Shown piece after piece: positions 38,079 to 48,290 of a stretch of 64,000 nucleotides of DNA. The notes below the pieces were generated by a model. That model was not told the DNA's origin. It ran no database searches and saw nothing but the letters and a program-made list of their open reading frames with translations. Source of the stretch: an uncultured Lachnospiraceae bacterium (GTDB taxonomy: Bacteria > Bacillota > Clostridia > Lachnospirales > Lachnospiraceae); NCBI GenBank assembly GCA_910588565.1, contig CAJUPF010000006.1, forward strand, positions 531 to 64,530, given 5' to 3'. The position numbers and the translations under genes were made by a program. The first letter of the stretch is position 1. Each line of letters opens with the position of its first letter.

Positions 38079-39614
38079 ATGGCAGGATTTGTTAAACCGT
38101 TATTTATTTTTGAAATGGCTAATAACCATCAGGGGAGCGTGGAACACGGTAAGAGTATTATTGGAGAGATTCGCAAAGTATGCGATTCGTTTCCAATGTT
38201 TGATTTTGCTTTTAAATTTCAGTACCGGGATTTAGATACTTTTATCCATCCGGATTATAAAGGGCGGGAAGATATTAAGAATGTAAAGCGTTTTCAGGAC
38301 ACCAGATTAAGTATGAAGCAGTTCCAGGAGTTATTAGACGAAGTCCGGAAGAAACAGTTTCAGGCAATTTGTACCCCATTTGATGAAATATCCGTAGATC
38401 GAATTGCAGAGCAGGGATATGATTATATTAAAATTGCAAGCTGTTCTTTTACAGATTGGCCTTTGTTGGAACGGATTGCTTCAAAGAAAATGCCGGTCAT
38501 TGCGTCTGGGGCGGGAAGCAGTATGGAAGACGTTCGTAATGTGGTGAATTTTTTCCGCAATCGGAATATCCCGTTTTCTTTGATGCACTGTGTGGCGGAA
38601 TATCCAACGGAAAACCAGAAACTTCAATTAAACCAGATTGATTACTACCATGCGCAGTTTCCTGATATCAGGATTGGGTTTTCTACGCACGAAGCTCCGG
38701 ATAATGTGGTTCCGGTTAAGCTGGCGGTTGCAAAAGGAGCGGAGATTTTTGAAAAGCATGTGGGACTTCCAACAGAGACGATTCAGTTAAATGGATATTC
38801 TGCAAATCCAAAACAAGTGGAGTCGTGGCTTGCATCGGCAAAGGAAGCATTTGATATTTGTGGGATTGTTGGTGAACGTTATCATTCAACGGTAAAAGAG
38901 CAGGCTGATTTGGCCGCGTTAAAGAGGGGAGTGTTTACAAAAAAACCGCTGGAAGGAGGCGGATTTATCAGTACAGACGACATATATCTGGCGTTTCCAT
39001 GTAAAGAAGGCCAGCTGGTGGCAAGTGATTTATCTAAATATAATAAGATTCAGTTAAAAAAAGGCATGAATGAACCTGATATGCCGATTATGGCAGAAAA
39101 CACAGAAATGACGAATACGTCAAAGGATACACTGGATATAATGGAGCGGTTAATAGCTTTATTGGTAGAAAGTAATGTTGTGGTTCCGGCAGGAAGCAGC
39201 TGTGAAATTTCACATCATTACGGTATAGAAAATTTTGGGCAGACTGGAGTGGCAATGATTGATTGTGTGAATCGGGAATATTGCAAGAAAATCCTTGCCG
39301 TGCTGCCCGGACAGTCGCATCCTGGCCATTATCATAGAAAGAAAGAAGAGACATTTGTGGTTCTGCATGGGGAACTGAACATTGTATTGGATGGAAACGA
39401 TACGGTTTTACATAAGGGAGATATTATGACAATTGAACGGAATGTGAGTCATAGTTTTTCATCGGAAAAGGGATGCATTTTTGAAGAGATATCGACGACA
39501 CATTACGCAAATGATTCAATATATCCAGAAAGCGATAAGTTTGTAAGGCCGAGAAAAACTATGGTACACTTTACACAGGAGATGCTGAGAGAAATTAATG
39601 GGAAGGAAGCTTAA
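38079..39614 (+). CDS. NeuB-family (sialic/ulosonic acid synthase-like) protein fused to a C-terminal cupin
   Basis: LFIFEMANNHQGSVEHGKSII, IKIASCSFTDWPLLE, LMHCVAEYPT, GFSTHE. C-terminal cupin GHYHRKKEETFVVLHGEL...GDIMTIERNVSHSF. Confidence 0.75.
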   Translation: MAGFVKPLFIFEMANNHQGSVEHGKSIIGEIRKVCDSFPMFDFAFKFQYRDLDTFIHPDYKGREDIKNVKRFQDTRLSMKQFQELLDEVRKKQFQAICTPFDEISVDRIAEQGYDYIKIASCSFTDWPLLERIASKKMPVIASGAGSSMEDVRNVVNFFRNRNIPFSLMHCVAEYPTENQKLQLNQIDYYHAQFPDIRIGFSTHEAPDNVVPVKLAVAKGAEIFEKHVGLPTETIQLNGYSANPKQVESWLASAKEAFDICGIVGERYHSTVKEQADLAALKRGVFTKKPLEGGGFISTDDIYLAFPCKEGQLVASDLSKYNKIQLKKGMNEPDMPIMAENTEMTNTSKDTLDIMERLIALLVESNVVVPAGSSCEISHHYGIENFGQTGVAMIDCVNREYCKKILAVLPGQSHPGHYHRKKEETFVVLHGELNIVLDGNDTVLHKGDIMTIERNVSHSFSSEKGCIFEEISTTHYANDSIYPESDKFVRPRKTMVHFTQEMLREINGKEA

Positions 39615-39618
39615 ATAG

Positions 39619-40743
39619 ATGAAAGTATTATTTGCAGACTTCAGGCCGATGCATAATGAGATCCGCAATGAGTTAGACGAGGCATATAGGAGAGTGTTGG
39701 AGCGCAGCTCCTTTATTCAGGGAGAGGAGTGCGAGGCTTTTGAACGGGAATTTGCATCATACTGCGGCGCGAAATATTGTGTTGGGGTTGCCAGTGGATT
39801 AGATGCGATTTATTTGCTTTTGAAGGCGCTGGGGATAAAGATGGGGGATGAGGTGATTATTCCATCGAATACATTTATCGCCACAGCGTTAGCTGTCTCC
39901 TATGCAGGTGCAGTTCCGGTATTGGTAGAGCCAGAAATTGAGACATATAATATAGACCCAAATCAGATTGAGGAGGCAATTACAGAAAAAACAAGAGCTA
40001 TTATTGCCGTACATTTGCAGGGACGTGCGGCGGACATGGATGCAATACAGAAGATTGCAGAGAGACATCAATTAGTTTTGGTGGAAGACGCCGCACAGGC
40101 TCATGGAGCGGCTTATAAAGGGAAAAAAGTGGGAACGCTTTCGGATGGGGCGGCGTTTAGCTTCTATCCAGGGAAAAACCTGGGGGCATTAGGAGATGGG
40201 GGAGGCATTGTTACAAATAGTAAAATACTGGCAGATAAATTGCGTGCTTTGGGGAATTATGGATCTGATTATAAATACCATCATATCTATAAAGGCGTAA
40301 ATAGCAGATTGGATGAAATGCAGGCAGCTTTTTTAAGGGTAAAGCTGCGTAATTTGGATCGTTGGAATTTGGGACGGCAAAAAATTGCAGAAAGATATTT
40401 GAATGAAATTGATAATCCGCGTATTCAGCTTCCATTGGCAAACAGCCGAGAATATGGGCATATTTATCATATATTTGCAATACGGTGTGAGAAAAGGGAA
40501 GAATTAGAAAGGTATTTAAATGGAAAAGGCATCTGTACCGTAAAACATTATCCTGTTCCTCTGCATATGCAAAAGGCTTATGAAGATTTAGGATTTTTAA
40601 AAGGATCGTTACCCATTGCAGAAGAAATCAGCAGGACAATACTTAGTATTCCAATGTTTTATGGTATGGCGTCTGATGAAGTTACTTATGTGATAGAATC
40701 GTTAAATACATTTAAATATGGAGAAAAAATATGCAGATTGTAA
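39619..40743 (+). CDS. DegT/DnrJ/EryC1/StrS-family PLP sugar aminotransferase
   Basis: [19 protein letters not shown]..., [22 protein letters not shown] (Schiff-base Lys present). Confidence 0.88.
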   Translation: MKVLFADFRPMHNEIRNELDEAYRRVLERSSFIQGEECEAFEREFASYCGAKYCVGVASGLDAIYLLLKALGIKMGDEVIIPSNTFIATALAVSYAGAVPVLVEPEIETYNIDPNQIEEAITEKTRAIIAVHLQGRAADMDAIQKIAERHQLVLVEDAAQAHGAAYKGKKVGTLSDGAAFSFYPGKNLGALGDGGGIVTNSKILADKLRALGNYGSDYKYHHIYKGVNSRLDEMQAAFLRVKLRNLDRWNLGRQKIAERYLNEIDNPRIQLPLANSREYGHIYHIFAIRCEKREELERYLNGKGICTVKHYPVPLHMQKAYEDLGFLKGSLPIAEEISRTILSIPMFYGMASDEVTYVIESLNTFKYGEKICRL

Positions 40744-41150
40744 AATATGTATTTAGCCAGCATGGAGATGACAGAGGTCAACTCATTGCTTTGGAAGAAT
40801 ATAATGACATACCTTTTGAGATCAAACGAGTGTACTATATGTATGGCACTAAGGAGGGAGTAAGGCGTGGATTTCATGCCCATAAAAATTTACAGCAAAT
40901 ACTCGTATGTGTGCATGGGAGTTGCGATATTCTGTTGGATAATGGAACGGAAAAGAAAATTGTCTCTTTGGAGAAGCCATACGAAGGCTTGTATGTCCCA
41001 AATGATATGTGGCGGGAAATGTATCATTTTTCAGAAGACGCAGTTTTACTGGTTTTAGCCTCTGATATTTACAGAGAAGAAGATTACATTAGAGATTATG
41101 ATAAATTTTTAGAATTTGTCAGCCATAAGGAGGGGGAAGAAGCCAAATGA
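40731..41150 (+). CDS. fdtA: FdtA/QdtA (WxcM-like) NDP-4-keto-6-deoxyhexose 3,4-ketoisomerase
   Basis: [27 protein letters not shown]...[20 protein letters not shown]...[19 protein letters not shown] closely parallels known FdtA sequences (from memory). Confidence 0.85.
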   Translation: MQIVKYVFSQHGDDRGQLIALEEYNDIPFEIKRVYYMYGTKEGVRRGFHAHKNLQQILVCVHGSCDILLDNGTEKKIVSLEKPYEGLYVPNDMWREMYHFSEDAVLLVLASDIYREEDYIRDYDKFLEFVSHKEGEEAK

Positions 41151-42193
41151 TAAGTATTGTGATTGGAGTATACAATGGTGAAAACTATCTTAACGCATGC
41201 ATTGACTCTGTACTGAATCAGACGTATGAAGATATTCAGATTATCTTGGTGGACGACAAATCACAAGATAATTCAATGGCTATTTCCCAAAAGTATATGC
41301 GTGAGTATCCAGAAAAAATTAAGCTGATTGCACACGAAGAGAATAAGGGTACTGCGGCGGCTTTGAATACAGGGATATTAGCCTCGGATGGTGAGTATGT
41401 AATGATTATGGGAGATGATGACTGGCTTGATCCAGACTTATGTGAAAATATATATGATGTAACGAGCCAGAAAGAGGCAGACATTGTGTTTACGGGGAAA
41501 AAGGGATGGATTGGCGGACAAAGCATTTTATACAAGCCGTATCCAAGGGAATATTTGGGAATTATGACGGTAGAAAAGAAGAGAAAAACTCTGGTACATT
41601 TGGCTAATGATTCGGGATTTGTAATCGTAGGGGCGTATCGCAGATCGTTTTTAATGGAGAATAATTTGTTGTTTCAGCAAATGGTACCAGAGGACATTCC
41701 GGTTACGCCGCTCTGTGTGGTTTGTGCAAGTAATATTGAGATGGTAGATAATAGTTATTATAATTACAGGATTCATGACAACTCTGTGACACATAAAAAA
41801 AATTCGGATTTTTATTTGAATATTTATAAGGCCGGCTTGTTGATGAGGCAGAATTTTATTGACAGAAAGATTTACGGCATTTATCGTGAAGAAGTGGATT
41901 TTGCCTTTATATTAAGCACATATTATGTTACGATTTATAATGCTTTGGCGAGATATGATGAAAGGCCAATCGAGCTGATGATCAAAGTGAGAGATATCAT
42001 TCGGGAATTGGCGCCGAATTGGAAAGAAAATGTTTATATTCACTTATGCTGGGTTCAATGGAAATATGAACTGTTAAAGCTTAACGATGAATCTCCACAG
42101 CGTTTGGCAGAGCGTTTTCCAGATTGTGATGAATTTATAAAAAAAGCGCGTAATGGAGAATTGGAAAAAGAATTTTCTGGGGGGGAGAGATGA
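41147..42193 (+). CDS. Glycosyltransferase family 2
   Basis: [42 protein letters not shown]...MGDDDW. Confidence 0.85.
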   Translation: MISIVIGVYNGENYLNACIDSVLNQTYEDIQIILVDDKSQDNSMAISQKYMREYPEKIKLIAHEENKGTAAALNTGILASDGEYVMIMGDDDWLDPDLCENIYDVTSQKEADIVFTGKKGWIGGQSILYKPYPREYLGIMTVEKKRKTLVHLANDSGFVIVGAYRRSFLMENNLLFQQMVPEDIPVTPLCVVCASNIEMVDNSYYNYRIHDNSVTHKKNSDFYLNIYKAGLLMRQNFIDRKIYGIYREEVDFAFILSTYYVTIYNALARYDERPIELMIKVRDIIRELAPNWKENVYIHLCWVQWKYELLKLNDESPQRLAERFPDCDEFIKKARNGELEKEFSGGER

Positions 42194-42295
42194 AAGTTTT
42201 GGATTTTTTAATTTATTCAGGAATAAACGGCAATTCGTTAAGAACATTATAAAGGTGAAATGAACTAGGTATGTATAATTTGAAAAGGGTGAAAA

Positions 42296-43363
42296 ATGGC
42301 TAGAATTTTAATTGCGGGAGCGGGAGGAGCACCTTCAGAGGGTGTGATTCATTCATTATTGCTAAGTCCGCAGCAGGAAGAAATAATCGGTATGGGGGCA
42401 GCAGCGTCGGATTTGGTATTATCAAATGCAAAGAGAAAGTATTTGATACCTTATGCAAACGATCCCGCTTATAAAAAAGAGCTGATAAAGGTATTGGATA
42501 AGGAACATCCAGATCTGATTCATTTTCAGAACGATTTGGAAATCTATCATGCATCTTTAATCAGAGATGATATTATGGCCTGCGGCACAAATATATATAT
42601 GCCCCGGCATGAGGTTATTGAAACTTGTGTAAGTAAATGGAAGTCCTGGAGAGCATTTAAAAGAGCCGGAATTGTTGTGCCGCAGAATATATTTATTAGG
42701 GATGAAGCTGACTTAAAACTGGCTTTTAAAGAACTTGGGGATGAAGATGGCAAAGTGTGGCTCAGGGCAGAATCCATGGGAGGAGGCGGAATAGGTTCTA
42801 TTCCCACAAATGATTATGCAATGGCGAAAGCCTGGATTGACAGATATCATGGATGGGGGAATTTTATTGCGGCTGAAATGCTTGGATGCCAGACAGTAAC
42901 ATTTCTTTCGATCTGGTGGAAGGGAGAGTTGATCTGCGGACAGACCAGGAAGAGAGCGGGCTGGATTCATGGCAATAGATCCGCGTCTGGCGTGACCGGA
43001 GTTACAAAAGTTGGAACAACTTGTAGTGATGAGATTGTTACAGATACCGCAATTAAATCAATTAAAGCTGTTGATCATGATCCGCATGGTATTTTTGGCG
43101 TTGATATGGCTTATGATAAGAATGGAGCGCCAAATCCTACTGAGATCAATATTTCCAGATTTTTTACGACAATTTTGTTCTTTACAAGAGCTGGATTAAA
43201 TATGCCGGTAATTTTTAAGGATTTAGCGCTTTATGGAAAGCGGCCAAAATTGGAAAAAAGGATTAATCCATTGCCCGATGGGCTCAGCTGGTTTCGGGGG
43301 ATGGACACAGAACCTAGATTGCTGGCAATGGATGAAATGGGCAGGGAGTTGATTCAATTATGA
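42296..43363 (+). CDS. ATP-grasp domain protein (carboxylate-amine ligase-like)
   Basis: ARILIAGAGGAP... N-terminal pre-ATP-grasp. K.W..F...G..VP, GKVWLRAE, GVDMAYDKNGAPNPTEIN. Confidence 0.65.
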   Translation: MARILIAGAGGAPSEGVIHSLLLSPQQEEIIGMGAAASDLVLSNAKRKYLIPYANDPAYKKELIKVLDKEHPDLIHFQNDLEIYHASLIRDDIMACGTNIYMPRHEVIETCVSKWKSWRAFKRAGIVVPQNIFIRDEADLKLAFKELGDEDGKVWLRAESMGGGGIGSIPTNDYAMAKAWIDRYHGWGNFIAAEMLGCQTVTFLSIWWKGELICGQTRKRAGWIHGNRSASGVTGVTKVGTTCSDEIVTDTAIKSIKAVDHDPHGIFGVDMAYDKNGAPNPTEINISRFFTTILFFTRAGLNMPVIFKDLALYGKRPKLEKRINPLPDGLSWFRGMDTEPRLLAMDEMGRELIQL

Positions 43364-44256
43364 AAATATTAATTACAGGGGCTTCTGGTTTTGTGGGAAG
43401 TAAAGTATTGGACAGGTTAAAGCTGATATATGGAACTGAAAGTATAATTGCTCTTTCTTCAAGAAGTATTGAGGGCGTTAAAACAGTTGATTCTCATAAC
43501 TATAAATTTGGCAGGAATTATTTGGAAGAAAGCGGCTGCGGGGATGTTAAGGTTTTAATCCATATAGGCGCCTTTATACCAAAAGCTGCAAAGGATGTAG
43601 ATAATATGGAGTTAACAACAGAAAATATTGAAAATACGCAGCGTTTGCTGCAATCTCGAATGGAACAATTAGAAAAAATTATTTTTATTAGTACTATAGA
43701 TGTATATGCACGTTGTCAGGGTACTTTAGATGAAACAATGTTGACTGTGCCTTCAACTTTATATGGTTGGTCGAAACTTTATTGTGAGGAGATGGTTAAA
43801 AAATATTGTATAGAAAAGAAATGCAGCTACGAAATTTTGAGACTTGGTCATGTTTATGGAGAAGGGGAAGAAAAATATAAAAAAGCAATGCCTTCGATGA
43901 TAAACAATGCCGTTATGGGAAAAGATTTAAATATTTACGGAGATGGAAAAGCTGTCAGGACATTTGTTTACATTGATGATGTCGCCGAGGCAATTGTGAA
44001 TGCAATAAATTTATACGAATCCGAGACGATTAATGTTGTTGGAAATGAAAGTGTCACAATAGAAGAATTAGCCAAAATGATACAATCCTTTGCCGATAGG
44101 CAGATTAATATTATACATACGCCTTCGGATGTGTCAAACGTAAATTATGTCTTTGATAATTCTAAAATGAGAATGCATTTGATTCAGTCGTTTACTCCAT
44201 TAGAAGCAGGTTTAAAGAGGGAGTATGATTATATGAAAGAAAAGCTGGGACAATGA
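43360..44256 (+). CDS. NAD-dependent sugar epimerase/dehydratase/reductase (extended SDR)
   Basis: KILITGASGFVGSKV, and YGWSK (YxxxK). Confidence 0.85.
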   Translation: MKILITGASGFVGSKVLDRLKLIYGTESIIALSSRSIEGVKTVDSHNYKFGRNYLEESGCGDVKVLIHIGAFIPKAAKDVDNMELTTENIENTQRLLQSRMEQLEKIIFISTIDVYARCQGTLDETMLTVPSTLYGWSKLYCEEMVKKYCIEKKCSYEILRLGHVYGEGEEKYKKAMPSMINNAVMGKDLNIYGDGKAVRTFVYIDDVAEAIVNAINLYESETINVVGNESVTIEELAKMIQSFADRQINIIHTPSDVSNVNYVFDNSKMRMHLIQSFTPLEAGLKREYDYMKEKLGQ

Positions 44257-44879
44257 GTATTATATTTGATTTGGATGGAACTTTACTAGATGCATCCAAA
44301 AGAATGTATTCGCTTTTTTGCGAATTAGTACCAGACTGTACTCTAACAAAGAAAGAATATTGGAATTATAAGCGGAATCAGGTTAGTCACAAGATACTTC
44401 TTGAATGGAAGTACCCACAGGCTGATTTTGCGGATTTTAATGAACGATGGATGGAGCTGATAGAATCAGAGAGATATTTGAATATAGATACAGTCTATCC
44501 TGATACAATAGAAACCCTAGAAAAATTAAGACAGAGAACCACGCTATATTTATTAACGGCGAGACAACGAAAGGATAGATTATTAAATGAGCTTAGAAGA
44601 CTGGATATAGAGAAATATTTTAAAAAAATACTGGCGACAGAAAGAAACTATTCTAAAGAGGAGTTATTGCAAAGGAATCCGTTGGCGGTTACAGATATTT
44701 CCAATAAAAAAAATTATTTTGTTAGCGATATGGGTAAAGATATTGCATTGGGGAACCAGATTGGATACCGGACGGTTGCAATTACACATGGATTTATGAA
44801 CAGGGAGAGATTACAGGATTATAACCCTAAAGCGATTATAGATGAATTGAAAGAATTGCTGATGATTTGTGAAGGATGA
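44253..44879 (+). CDS. HAD-family hydrolase (phosphatase)
   Basis: IIFDLDGTLLD, LLTARQ, and a VSDMGKD-type motif IV. Confidence 0.75.
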   Translation: MSIIFDLDGTLLDASKRMYSLFCELVPDCTLTKKEYWNYKRNQVSHKILLEWKYPQADFADFNERWMELIESERYLNIDTVYPDTIETLEKLRQRTTLYLLTARQRKDRLLNELRRLDIEKYFKKILATERNYSKEELLQRNPLAVTDISNKKNYFVSDMGKDIALGNQIGYRTVAITHGFMNRERLQDYNPKAIIDELKELLMICEG

Positions 44880-44919
44880 TTAGGGGAAGAATTAATTGTT
44901 TAAAGGTGGAAATAAGAAG

Positions 44920-46104
44920 ATGGAGAATTTATTAAGAGAAGCGATTCTGACTAGTTTAGATGTAAATGAATGCGGCAATATATGTGAATTTTTGCGCTCT
45001 CCCAGAAAAAAAGTGTTCTTTGGCCAAGGCAGGCAAGCAATAGTATGTTATGAGTTGTGCAGAGAACTGGGAGTTGAAGTAGATGCTTTTATTGGGAACA
45101 ACGAAAGTGATCGTTATCAGCATTTGCCAAAAGATATTGAATTTTTTGCTCCGGGAAAATTCCCATATAAGAAGGATGACTATGATGTTTTGCTTGCTAT
45201 AAATGAAGAGTATTATGCAGATGTGATGGGACAGTTAAAAATACATAATTTTAAAAATATTTTTTATGCTAATAATTGGAAGATGGTAAATTATTTATAT
45301 AAGAGAGCATTTTTGAAGGTTTTTTTAGAGCTGCAGGGGATTGATACAGGTAAAAAAATCTGGGAAAGTGAAGATAAAGGATTTCGAATTTATGGGATTA
45401 TCGGACAATCTAAGGAATATATTACAGAATTGGTATTGTCAGGAGGTTTTTTTGATGTTGTTGCGCCCTCAATATTTGGTTGTTCTAGATATTTTAGAGA
45501 GGGTGCGTATGAATTGGATATGGTTCAGATTGAAAAGGAAGATATTGTTTTAGATTTAGGAGCAAATATTGGGATGTTTTCCTGTGTTGCAGCAACAAAA
45601 GGAAGACATGTTTATGCGTTTGAACCGACGCCTGGAACCCGAAAGCTGTTAGAACAGAATGCAGAGTTGTATCATAATTTTGATGTAATAGAATATGCTG
45701 CCAGTAATGAAGATGGAGACGCAATGTTTACGATTAATGATATGTCGACGGAAAACGCAGAGATAGGGCGGAATACATTGTTTGGAGACATCTTGGATAA
45801 AACATTTAATACTTGCCAGATAAAAGTAAAAACGAAAAAAATTGATACTTTTATGAAAGAAAATCATATTGCAAAGGTTGATTTTATAAAAGCCGATATT
45901 GAGGGGGCGGAAAGGTATATGCTGATGGGGGCGCAGGAAACTTTGAGAATATCTGCCCCTAAATTGTCATTGTGTACATATCATCTGCCTGACGACAGGG
46001 AGGTGATGACTGAGCTGATTTTAAAAGCGAATCCTGATTATAAGATTATATATAAAGAATATAAATTGTATGCATATGTGCCAGACGATAGGAAGCGGAA
46101 GTGA
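44920..46104 (+). CDS. FkbM-family methyltransferase
   Basis: Start ATG 44920 (the ORF-track start at 44896 is also possible). VLDLGANIGMFS...IKADIEGAERYML. Confidence 0.75.
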   Translation: MENLLREAILTSLDVNECGNICEFLRSPRKKVFFGQGRQAIVCYELCRELGVEVDAFIGNNESDRYQHLPKDIEFFAPGKFPYKKDDYDVLLAINEEYYADVMGQLKIHNFKNIFYANNWKMVNYLYKRAFLKVFLELQGIDTGKKIWESEDKGFRIYGIIGQSKEYITELVLSGGFFDVVAPSIFGCSRYFREGAYELDMVQIEKEDIVLDLGANIGMFSCVAATKGRHVYAFEPTPGTRKLLEQNAELYHNFDVIEYAASNEDGDAMFTINDMSTENAEIGRNTLFGDILDKTFNTCQIKVKTKKIDTFMKENHIAKVDFIKADIEGAERYMLMGAQETLRISAPKLSLCTYHLPDDREVMTELILKANPDYKIIYKEYKLYAYVPDDRKRK

Positions 46105-46158
46105 GTTTAGAGCATGTTATAGTATAAAAAATAGAAAGATGCATAAGGAGGCAGATAA

Positions 46159-47238
46159 ATGAGCGAGACATTGAATAAATACGAACAAGCGGGAAGGAAT
46201 TATTTAAAAGAGAAAAAACCATATGTGTTTGAAAAGGTTTCAAAATTTACAGAAAAATATAAACGTGGAGAAAGCATTGCAATTATTCAGCTTCAATATA
46301 ACTATATGTGTAATATGCTCTGCGAGCATTGTTCTATAGAAGCATATCAGAAAAATGCTGCAGGAAAAAGGAGCCTGACGCCAAAAGATGTGGCAGGCTT
46401 GGCAAAACAGGCAGATGATATGGGGCTTGCACGATTTGTGATTTCAGGAGGGGAACCTACGGTATTTCCGGATTTGGACGAATTGGTGGCGGCGATTGAT
46501 CCTGAAAAGTTTTTTATTAACAGCGATTCAAACGGATTTTTGCTGGCGGAAAAAGCAGAGCATATGAAAAAAATTGGAATAGATCGGATACAGTTAAGTA
46601 TAGACAGCCTGAATCCTGAAGAACATGATGAGTTTCGCCGTAAGCCGGGGGCGTGGAAACGGGCAATGGAAGGAATTGATGAGTGCCAGCGGATAGGGCT
46701 TCCATTATATATACAGACTGTCGTAACAAAACAAAGGTTATATTCGGATGAATTTATTCAGTTTTTAGAGTATTTTAACCGACGGGGATTAAATGTATTT
46801 ATTTCTTTTGCGAAACCGGTCGGCGCATATGCGGGGCATTATGAAAGCATGGTGGACGCTAAGGATCTGGCATATGAGCGTCAGCTGGAAAAAAAATATC
46901 AGCTTTGTACACATTTAACGCCGGGGTATGGATTGGATATGGGGTGCATTGGCGTAAAGGGGTTCGTCTCAGTTACACAATATGGCGATGTTCAGCCCTG
47001 CCCATATTTCCATTGTTCAATAGGTAATATTTTTGAGAAACCGTTTCAGGATATTATCGATACTGGAATGAATATTAAGTTTTTTGGAGAACACGTGGAT
47101 ACATGTCTGCTGGCGGCAGACCTTCCATGGGTAAAAAAATATGTGGCGGATAAAATATATGGGAAACCGGTGCCGGTTCCTTATAATCAGGTTTTTACAG
47201 AAGAAGACAGAACCGTAAAGCCTTATTGGAAAAATTAG
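46159..47238 (+). CDS. Radical SAM protein with a Cys-rich (SPASM/twitch-like) C-terminus
   Basis: CNMLCEHCS (CxxxCxxC), ISGGEPTVFPD, C-terminal GDVQPCPYFHCSIGN. Confidence 0.8.
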   Translation: MSETLNKYEQAGRNYLKEKKPYVFEKVSKFTEKYKRGESIAIIQLQYNYMCNMLCEHCSIEAYQKNAAGKRSLTPKDVAGLAKQADDMGLARFVISGGEPTVFPDLDELVAAIDPEKFFINSDSNGFLLAEKAEHMKKIGIDRIQLSIDSLNPEEHDEFRRKPGAWKRAMEGIDECQRIGLPLYIQTVVTKQRLYSDEFIQFLEYFNRRGLNVFISFAKPVGAYAGHYESMVDAKDLAYERQLEKKYQLCTHLTPGYGLDMGCIGVKGFVSVTQYGDVQPCPYFHCSIGNIFEKPFQDIIDTGMNIKFFGEHVDTCLLAADLPWVKKYVADKIYGKPVPVPYNQVFTEEDRTVKPYWKN

Positions 47239-47270
47239 AATTTGAAATGGTGTAAGAGGTACATAAACAG

Positions 47271-48251
47271 GTGGCAAAAAAAGAGAGAGTACTTGTAACG
47301 GGAGGAACTGGAGTTACCGGCGTGGCATTAGTACGGCATTTGCTAAGGAATAACAAAGAAGTAACCGCTATTGTGAGGCCGCACAGCAAGAGAAGCCGCT
47401 ATTTGCCGGAAGACAAAGATTTACATGTTGTGGAATGCAGCCTGGCGGATTACGACAGGATCGGAGTGGAAGAATTAGGGAAAGATTATTCTGTATTTTA
47501 TCATCTTGCGTGGGACGGTTCGACAGGAAAAGAAAAAGTGGACAATCGGAACAATATGCAGCTTCAGGCACAAAATATTCAATATGATATTAAGGCAGTG
47601 GAACTGTGCAGGCGGATAGAATGCCCCGTATTTCTGGCAACAGGAACACAGGCGGAATATGGTCTTTGCGATACGGTAATCAATGAAGAAACAGAAACAT
47701 ATCCGGAGAATGGCTATGGCTCTGCTAAGCTGTGCGCGGGCCAGATGACCAGAATTTTGTGTAATATGTATGGGATTAAGCATATATGGGCGAGACTGTT
47801 CAGTGTATATGGACCATATGATGGAACACAGAGCCTGATATATACCAGTATGATAAAATTGATGTCTGGTAAATGCCCGCAATATACAGCCGGAAAACAG
47901 ATTTGGGATTATTTATATTCTTTTGATGCAGCCAGGGCGTTAGCTTTGCTGGGCGAGAAGGGCAGAGCAGGCGAAATCTACTGTGTAGCCAATGGCAAAT
48001 CAGAGATACTGCGTTCTTATATTTTGAAACTTCATGAAGTTGTAAATCCTGAAATTCCTGGAATATTTGGGGAAATACCATATACTTCGAATCAAGTGAT
48101 GAATCTACAGGTGGATACAAAAAAATTGCGGCGAGATACGGGATTTATACCAGAGTATACCTTTGAAGACGGCATAAAAGAAATTTTTGCATGGTGTAAA
48201 AAGGAACTTCAGATTTTGACTAAAAACGATCTAAACGAACTGATTTTCTAG
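47271..48251 (+). CDS. NAD-dependent sugar epimerase/reductase (extended SDR; GTG start)
   Basis: VLVTGGTGVTGVALV, and YGSAK (YxxxK). Confidence 0.8.
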   Translation: MAKKERVLVTGGTGVTGVALVRHLLRNNKEVTAIVRPHSKRSRYLPEDKDLHVVECSLADYDRIGVEELGKDYSVFYHLAWDGSTGKEKVDNRNNMQLQAQNIQYDIKAVELCRRIECPVFLATGTQAEYGLCDTVINEETETYPENGYGSAKLCAGQMTRILCNMYGIKHIWARLFSVYGPYDGTQSLIYTSMIKLMSGKCPQYTAGKQIWDYLYSFDAARALALLGEKGRAGEIYCVANGKSEILRSYILKLHEVVNPEIPGIFGEIPYTSNQVMNLQVDTKKLRRDTGFIPEYTFEDGIKEIFAWCKKELQILTKNDLNELIF

Positions 48252-48290
48252 AATGGTAATTATGAAATTTTGTTTCAAGAGGAGAAAATA

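Noticed and set aside
44706-44713. Homopolymer tracts as phase-variation switches (A8 in the HAD gene near 44706, A8 near 49037 in the C-methyltransferase, C6 near 52246, A7/T7 tracts in maf)
   Set aside because: The tracts are short (8 nt or less) and are A/T runs in AT-rich DNA. Campylobacter-type maf switches use longer poly-G/C tracts. I saw no frameshifted genes.
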